Source: a virus (Duplodnaviria; Caudoviricetes). From it: a DNA stretch of 40,702 bases. The notes under the pieces are model-generated. The model was given only the letters and a program-made list of their open reading frames with translations. It was not told the DNA's origin and searched no databases. Position 1 is the first letter of the stretch, and each line of letters begins with the position of its first letter. The stretch covers positions 1 to 40,702 of IMG/VR virus record IMGVR_UViG_3300032212_000052. The stretch is one strand, 5' to 3'. Shown piece by piece: positions 35,670 through 40,702 of the stretch. The position numbers and the translations under genes are program-made.

Positions 35670-35859
35670 TTGCGGGGCGATACCGACACAAGCAAAACTT
35701 GTTCTGCCGCCCGACTTAGCTGTCCCCGCCTCACTTAAAATACAGGCAAACGAGATAGAGTGTTTGACCGATGAAACAGTAAATAAATTCATTAAGCGCG
35801 ACAAACTAAAAGATGCGCGAATAAATACATTATCCGATATTATTAGAACAACACACTAA
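35620..35859 (+). CDS. Outer-membrane spanin lipoprotein (Rz1-like)
   Basis: ATG 35620; MKLYKIPLLLIAITLAS-C lipobox; Pro-rich. Confidence 0.75.
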   Translation: MKLYKIPLLLIAITLASCGAIPTQAKLVLPPDLAVPASLKIQANEIECLTDETVNKFIKRDKLKDARINTLSDIIRTTH

Positions 35860-35869
35860 GGAATAGAAT

Positions 35870-36115
35870 ATGGCAACTTTAGATGTAACCAGCGTAATAG
35901 CAATCAGCTTTCCGACAGACACGGTTGTAACGGCTCCAGACGGCAACACGTTTACAGCAATAGCAAATCAACGATACGGCGTACCTAAAGGGCAAACGTC
36001 TATAACAGTTAACCTAACAGGCGGTGTAATGTGTCAAACATCCTCTGTTATTGGGTTTTCAACTGGACACGTAACACAAGTCTTTACCGTTGATGAAGTG
36101 CGGACTCCTGCATAA
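35870..36115 (+). CDS. Small beta-rich putative virion protein
   Basis: AAGGA SD; Thr/Val-rich. Confidence 0.6.
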   Translation: MATLDVTSVIAISFPTDTVVTAPDGNTFTAIANQRYGVPKGQTSITVNLTGGVMCQTSSVIGFSTGHVTQVFTVDEVRTPA

Positions 36116-37446
36116 TGGAGATGGATTTAAGTTTAGCCGCTGGAGACAATCACGGCGTTAGACTCATCCCTGCTCTATCAGGCACGCAATACGGCACACT
36201 TGGATCTGTTTTATCCTTCACAGCCGGAGACACGCTAACAAGAGAGTTTTCTACAGCGAACTCAGGCGCAAGAATGTTTTTCTTCGGCCATAGCGCTACA
36301 CCGATGTCTGCTGAGTTTGATGCGGGCAATTTATTACAATTAGTTGGTTGTACTGCTACTATAGACGGTACAGCGGTCGCAGATGGCGCAAGTATAGCTG
36401 CTTATCAGGACGGAAAAAAACATACACTTATTTGTACCGCTACAGGCTCATTATCGGTGGGTTATTTAAACCAAAACGGTGCTGGTGCTAATTTCTTTGT
36501 TGGACAAGATTTCTCTTTTTCCTACACTATTTCAGGTGTTACAACTAACATCGTTTTTGATTCAGGCTCTAATCTTTATCAGTTAGCGCGCGGGACTACA
36601 ATAACAAGTATATATACAGATACATTTGACACAGATTATGCTAACTGGACTGAGAATTTTGGTGCAGGTGATTCCGCCTCGGTATCTGGTGGGCTTCTTA
36701 CTTTAACGCGCGGAACTAATGTAAACCTATTAAAAAAGACCTTCACTACAGTTACCGGAAAAAGCTATGCGGTTAAATCTAATGTTTCTACAGGAACGCA
36801 ATCCCCGCAAATTACGGTAACAGGAATATACTCAACAGGTGCGTTAGCATCCGGTGAAGCTGGCTTTTCTTTTGAGGCTACCGGAACGTCCACCGAGATA
36901 ACTCTTGACGTTGCTGGCGGGGCTGGCACAGCTTCATTTAGTGATTTTTATTTAGAAGAATTGCCAGATTCAGCTTGCCTCCTTAATAATTTCGCCACAA
37001 GCGATTGGTCACGCTATACACTGCAAAGAAACATCACGCATGATGCTGGTACTGTTGCTCTTGGTTGGTTGGGTGATGACGATGTTACTAATGGCGAATT
37101 TAGCTCTGATGTAAGCTGGACAAAAGATGTTGGTGCTACAATTTCAGGCGGTAAGGCGGCATTAACCACTGTAGCGCAAAATGCTGGCTTATACCAAACC
37201 TCAACCAACACAATTAAGCCAGGCGATTACTTAACGAAAGGCGCTGTGTCGGGGTATTCAACAGGCAGCCTTAAATTAGTTGTTGGCGGCGCGAAGTCTT
37301 CGGCTCTTTCAGCAGATGGAGCCGTTACAGAAATAATCACTTCATCAGCAGCAACACAGTTAATAGAAATTGAAGCACAAGATATAACAGCCACCACAGC
37401 CAATGTGGACGACTTCTTAGCAAGACACTTAATCGAGGTTGTATAA
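36115..37446 (+). CDS. Putative fibre/adhesin with lectin- or CBM-like domains
   Basis: Gly/Ser/Thr-rich beta protein; VTNGEF...W and FTTVTGKSY repeats typical of CBM-like modules. Confidence 0.6.
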   Translation: MEMDLSLAAGDNHGVRLIPALSGTQYGTLGSVLSFTAGDTLTREFSTANSGARMFFFGHSATPMSAEFDAGNLLQLVGCTATIDGTAVADGASIAAYQDGKKHTLICTATGSLSVGYLNQNGAGANFFVGQDFSFSYTISGVTTNIVFDSGSNLYQLARGTTITSIYTDTFDTDYANWTENFGAGDSASVSGGLLTLTRGTNVNLLKKTFTTVTGKSYAVKSNVSTGTQSPQITVTGIYSTGALASGEAGFSFEATGTSTEITLDVAGGAGTASFSDFYLEELPDSACLLNNFATSDWSRYTLQRNITHDAGTVALGWLGDDDVTNGEFSSDVSWTKDVGATISGGKAALTTVAQNAGLYQTSTNTIKPGDYLTKGAVSGYSTGSLKLVVGGAKSSALSADGAVTEIITSSAATQLIEIEAQDITATTANVDDFLARHLIEVV

Positions 37447-37793
37447 TGTATATCGCGTTATTCTACCTACCTAATTTAACGGTAAGACAGCAAGCAGAAA
37501 TATTAGCTTTGTCTAAAGTAGGTAACGCGGTATTTGTTGATAACACAACTCCATTAGGAATTACTTATAGTCGATTAAGAAATATTGAATTAGCTGATTT
37601 GCAAGCAAGCTTTAATGTATGGACGTTTCCGGCACGTACAGATGGTGAGCTCACAGCAACCTATAATCCAAGAGTCAAAACTGTAACAATACAAGCTTTT
37701 GAAGATTTAAGACTAGGATTACATGATGCAATATGGCTAGACGAGTCAAGAGGTTTTCAGAATCTAAATAGACAGCCGGAGTTTCAATCATAA
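37446..37793 (+). CDS. Hypothetical protein
   Basis: GAGG SD; TAATG coupling. Confidence 0.7.
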   Translation: MYIALFYLPNLTVRQQAEILALSKVGNAVFVDNTTPLGITYSRLRNIELADLQASFNVWTFPARTDGELTATYNPRVKTVTIQAFEDLRLGLHDAIWLDESRGFQNLNRQPEFQS

Positions 37794-38344
37794 TGCTGCC
37801 ATCTAATTGCTACTCTAAAAATAGAATCACCGTAGATGGTGCGGTGATTCATTATATTAGTGCGAAAAATGTAAATCCTAATGATCCATTTAATGTAAAT
37901 ACCGCTATTGATATTTTAAAAAATATTAGATTATCGTATAAGGGATTAATAACCCGTGAAGGCGAATATATAGAATTAGTGCCGGAGAACTTTAAACAGT
38001 ATCATGCTGGCTATTCAATTATGAACGGCCGTGAAGATTGTAACAGCTTTACAAATGGGTATGCATTGATAGGAGGCTCTGCATGGGAATATGAATACAA
38101 TCAAATACTAAAGTTAGGCGAAGTTTTAGCGCAAGATATGACTGCTAACAATTATTCTCTAGATTGGATAAAAGGCCATGACGAAGTACGGGCAGAATGG
38201 CGCGAAAATTATCCTGACAGGATTAAATATTTTCAGGATAAAAACGAAGGTTACAAAGTTTCAAAGAAATATGATCCGGGCGCTCATTTCAAATGGGGAA
38301 TTTTAAAAGACATGCTTCGAGGACTATCTAAAGTAAGCCAATAA
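37793..38344 (+). CDS. N-acetylmuramoyl-L-alanine amidase (Amidase_2) endolysin
   Basis: VIHY, YHAG.S..N, IKGH, K.DPG..F.W Zn-ligand motifs. Confidence 0.85.
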   Translation: MLPSNCYSKNRITVDGAVIHYISAKNVNPNDPFNVNTAIDILKNIRLSYKGLITREGEYIELVPENFKQYHAGYSIMNGREDCNSFTNGYALIGGSAWEYEYNQILKLGEVLAQDMTANNYSLDWIKGHDEVRAEWRENYPDRIKYFQDKNEGYKVSKKYDPGAHFKWGILKDMLRGLSKVSQ

Positions 38345-38802
38345 AACCCTCATAAACTCACAATAATTTGCATTTTGCAATCTCATAACCTATTATCTAT
38401 ATAAGCATTACTAACTATAGAGGTATAGTTATGATTATTCACGATTACCACGACATAGACGGCCTTATCCGTGCAGCTAAATTACACCCTACTGAGTCGC
38501 TTATTCAAAAATTAATTGATAAGCATATTGACCCTACGGGGAACGACTGCCAGCCTCAGTTTTGCGCTTATTTATGGCGGAAGGCCGTGAAAAAAAATTA
38601 ATTTCTTGTTTCAAAACAGGAAACGCTAGGTTGCGCGTTAAATAAAAAAGTCAAGGACATTTAACCCTATGCATCATGCTTAATGTTTCTGTGGTGTATT
38701 TAAAACAATGTACTTTAATCTCTGGCTTAGGCTGCATTAAAACGACTTGACCGCCGATAATAATCCCTAGACCGAAGATAACTAATTTTTTAAATTTAGC
38801 TT

Positions 38803-38994
38803 TCATTTCTTTTTTGTACTATTCGATACTTTAATCTCATATAGCGGCATATAATAATCACAAATAACGCCCACGGTACTTAATTCATAAATAAACGTTG
38901 AATAACTTTGATGTTCACTAGGCTTAGCCTGAACTCTATAGCAACTGTGTGAGTTAGGGCATAAGCTTTGTGTACACATATTAAAGTCTGGCAT
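38803..38994 (-). CDS. Small Cys-rich phage protein
   Basis: MPD..MC....CP....CYR..A.P..Q.Y motif. Confidence 0.75.
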   Translation of the reverse strand: MPDFNMCTQSLCPNSHSCYRVQAKPSEHQSYSTFIYELSTVGVICDYYMPLYEIKVSNSTKKK

Positions 38995-39000
38995 TTTCCC

Positions 39001-39318
39001 TCACCTCAAAAATTGACTTAATAAACCACTAAACATATTCATCATTGTTTCATGCTGTTTATGGTCGTAAGAAAACAAATAATCACTATCACAGTCAGGC
39101 CGTCTAAATCTAACATTCATTTCAACAGCGCAAATCTCCATGAGCTCGTGACAAATAAGCATAAGCAATTCATTATCATTACGGTTTTTCGTTCCTATTT
39201 CTATCGTTAAATCATAACAATTAAAGCTTGCGCCGTCATGCTTGCTTTCCCATTTCACTGTAAAGTCATAACAGTTTACTTTTAGCTTTTTTATTCTTTT
39301 AATCTTCATCGTAATCAA
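39001..39318 (-). CDS. Putative metallopeptidase-like protein
   Basis: LICHELME (HExxH variant). Confidence 0.5.
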   Translation of the reverse strand: MITMKIKRIKKLKVNCYDFTVKWESKHDGASFNCYDLTIEIGTKNRNDNELLMLICHELMEICAVEMNVRFRRPDCDSDYLFSYDHKQHETMMNMFSGLLSQFLR

Positions 39319-39502
39319 TCACCCCAGCATGTTTAACTATTTCAGATAGCTCATGAAACGCTTTTACAAGCTTGTTATGCTCGTCTATTAATGTTTGAAA
39401 GTTATCTCTGGTTAAATCAGGGATAGTTTCTAAGTCGTACCCGCTAGGAACCTGTAATGTATCTCTAAAGTCATAATCTGTTAATTCGTTTGGCTTTTCC
39501 AT
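39299..39502 (-). CDS. Hypothetical protein
   Basis: AAGGG SD. Confidence 0.7.
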   Translation of the reverse strand: MEKPNELTDYDFRDTLQVPSGYDLETIPDLTRDNFQTLIDEHNKLVKAFHELSEIVKHAGVIDYDED

Positions 39503-39528
39503 TTTCTTACCCTTTTAATTGTTTCCTG

Positions 39529-39828
39529 TTAGTTTTCATTATTATTTAACAGTCTCGCTGCCTCACAATTATCACAAGCACATTCACCCAAAGGACTGCA
39601 TGCAAAATATGAGAATGGTCTTAGTGCGTCCTCAAGCTTAGCTATACGGGCTCTTAGCTCAATAACTGTGTTGTCAGAGGCAATATATTTAGCTTGAAAT
39701 TTACGCATATCATCATAGTCTTTTTGCGCTTCTTTATCTTTCTGCTCGATTTCTTTTTGTAATCCACCAAACGCATCAGCTAACCTAACTATTGCGGTTT
39801 CATACATTTCTTTATATTTAGTCATCAC
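39529..39828 (-). CDS. Coiled-coil hypothetical protein
   Basis: AGGAGG SD; RIAKLEDALRPF motif. Confidence 0.7.
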   Translation of the reverse strand: MMTKYKEMYETAIVRLADAFGGLQKEIEQKDKEAQKDYDDMRKFQAKYIASDNTVIELRARIAKLEDALRPFSYFACSPLGECACDNCEAARLLNNNEN

Positions 39829-39876
39829 TTACCTCCTAAAATATCATTAATTAACCAGCATTAAACGAAGCAAGTA

Positions 39877-40149
39877 TTACACCTCTTTCTTTTTTGTTTT
39901 GCCTAAATATTCAACTTTAATGCAATCAATATCACAAAATCTAACCCAAGAAGATGTTTCGGTTTCGTATTCTTCACCAATATTATTTCCGCCTGAGTAA
40001 GTCCACATCCATTTACCATCTTTAACGTGGGTAACAAATTCAGAAGGGCTTATCTTTCTTGCGTCGCCTTCTGACTTCGCGGCAACAACAGCGGAATCAT
40101 ACGTGTCATAATTATCATTTACGTCTTGCGATATTAAATATAAATTCAT
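39877..40149 (-). CDS. Conserved phage hypothetical protein
   Basis: LYLISQ..N..YDTYDSAVVAA.SE..AR family pattern; GAGGTG SD. Confidence 0.75.
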   Translation of the reverse strand: MNLYLISQDVNDNYDTYDSAVVAAKSEGDARKISPSEFVTHVKDGKWMWTYSGGNNIGEEYETETSSWVRFCDIDCIKVEYLGKTKKKEV

Positions 40150-40192
40150 ACATCACCTCTTTAAAATATCCTTAATGCCTGACATACCCAAT

Positions 40193-40597
40193 TCATACGC
40201 TTTTTTGTGTGCTTCTTTCATATTCACGCCACGCTCTTATTTTGCAAGCCTCCATCGACTCACCGCTGCTGCATTGTCTTGATGGGTCGAAGCCTTGCGG
40301 GAACCCACTTCTATCTTGTTTTGGTTCTTCTGGCTTTGGTAATTCCCACGGCTCTGTCCAGCTTTCAGTGTTCGCGCTAAAGAATGTCGCTGTCTGCATT
40401 ACGTAAGGAGAGCCGATTTGCGCCATTCCTTTGCAGTAATTATAGTAGCGCAGTACCCCAGCCTGTAAGTCGCTGTATAAGACCTTCTCCTTAAGCCTCG
40501 CTTGAAATGCTTTGTAGGCTCTAGGTTTAGGATTGCCGCCGCTTCTGCGAGGGTATATCTTCCACAATATTTCAAAATCACTGCTGTAATCCATCAT
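40193..40597 (-). CDS. Stand-alone replication-initiator C-terminal-like domain
   Basis: FE.LW..YPRR...K..AYKAF...YV.Q.ATFF...W pattern of phage replisome-organizer C-termini. Confidence 0.6.
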   Translation of the reverse strand: MMDYSSDFEILWKIYPRRSGGNPKPRAYKAFQARLKEKVLYSDLQAGVLRYYNYCKGMAQIGSPYVMQTATFFSANTESWTEPWELPKPEEPKQDRSGFPQGFDPSRQCSSGESMEACKIRAWREYERSTQKSV

Positions 40598-40702
40598 TAC
40601 CCCCCCCTATGTTAGTAGCTCTATTATTTTTTCTTCGTTATTCATATATCTAGATCTTCAAATGCAGATTTTATTGATTCGTACATGGGTTGAATATCAT
40701 AT
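40576..40702. repeat. 127-bp direct repeat, right copy
   Basis: Identical to 1-127. Confidence 0.93.

Noticed and set aside
39500-39532. Minus-strand gene end TAAC AGGAAAC AATTAAAA as a further attC
   Set aside because: Left-arm-like only; there is no stem or GTT box before the next start codon. At most a remnant.
40576-40702. 127-bp end repeat as a biological terminal repeat
   Set aside because: Its length equals a standard assembler k-mer and it cuts through coding sequence. It indicates circular closure, not a DTR.

Overview
The window is an apparently complete, circularly assembled dsDNA tailed-phage genome of about 40,575 bp. The 127-bp repeat at both ends is probably an assembly overlap. 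It is podovirus-like: TerS, TerL, portal, scaffold, N4-gp56-type capsid, adaptor/nozzle, ejection proteins, tail fibre, holin, spanins and amidase. The host is Gram-negative, probably a gammaproteobacterium. I recognise no integrase, DNA polymerase, helicase or tRNA. The main discovery is three arrays of single-gene accessory cassettes in the early region (3075-3964, 6457-7292, 8790-9360), separated by integron attC-type sites. The sites are inverted relative to the genes, and each gene's TAA stop lies exactly at the attC crossover. The R boxes match across each gene as expected for true excisable cassettes. Each array ends in a copy of one conserved phage 'docking' site located where attI would be. 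No IntI is visible, so this looks like a phage cassette-shuffling system that borrows a host integron integrase. Other notable items: a Thg1-like 3'-5' polymerase, an orphan truncated ParD-like antitoxin, an antisense-RNA/pseudoknot-like control region, a glycosylation cluster between terS and terL, and a deleted Amidase_3 endolysin relic replaced by an Amidase_2. All calls come from reading the sequence and remembered family motifs; no searches were run.
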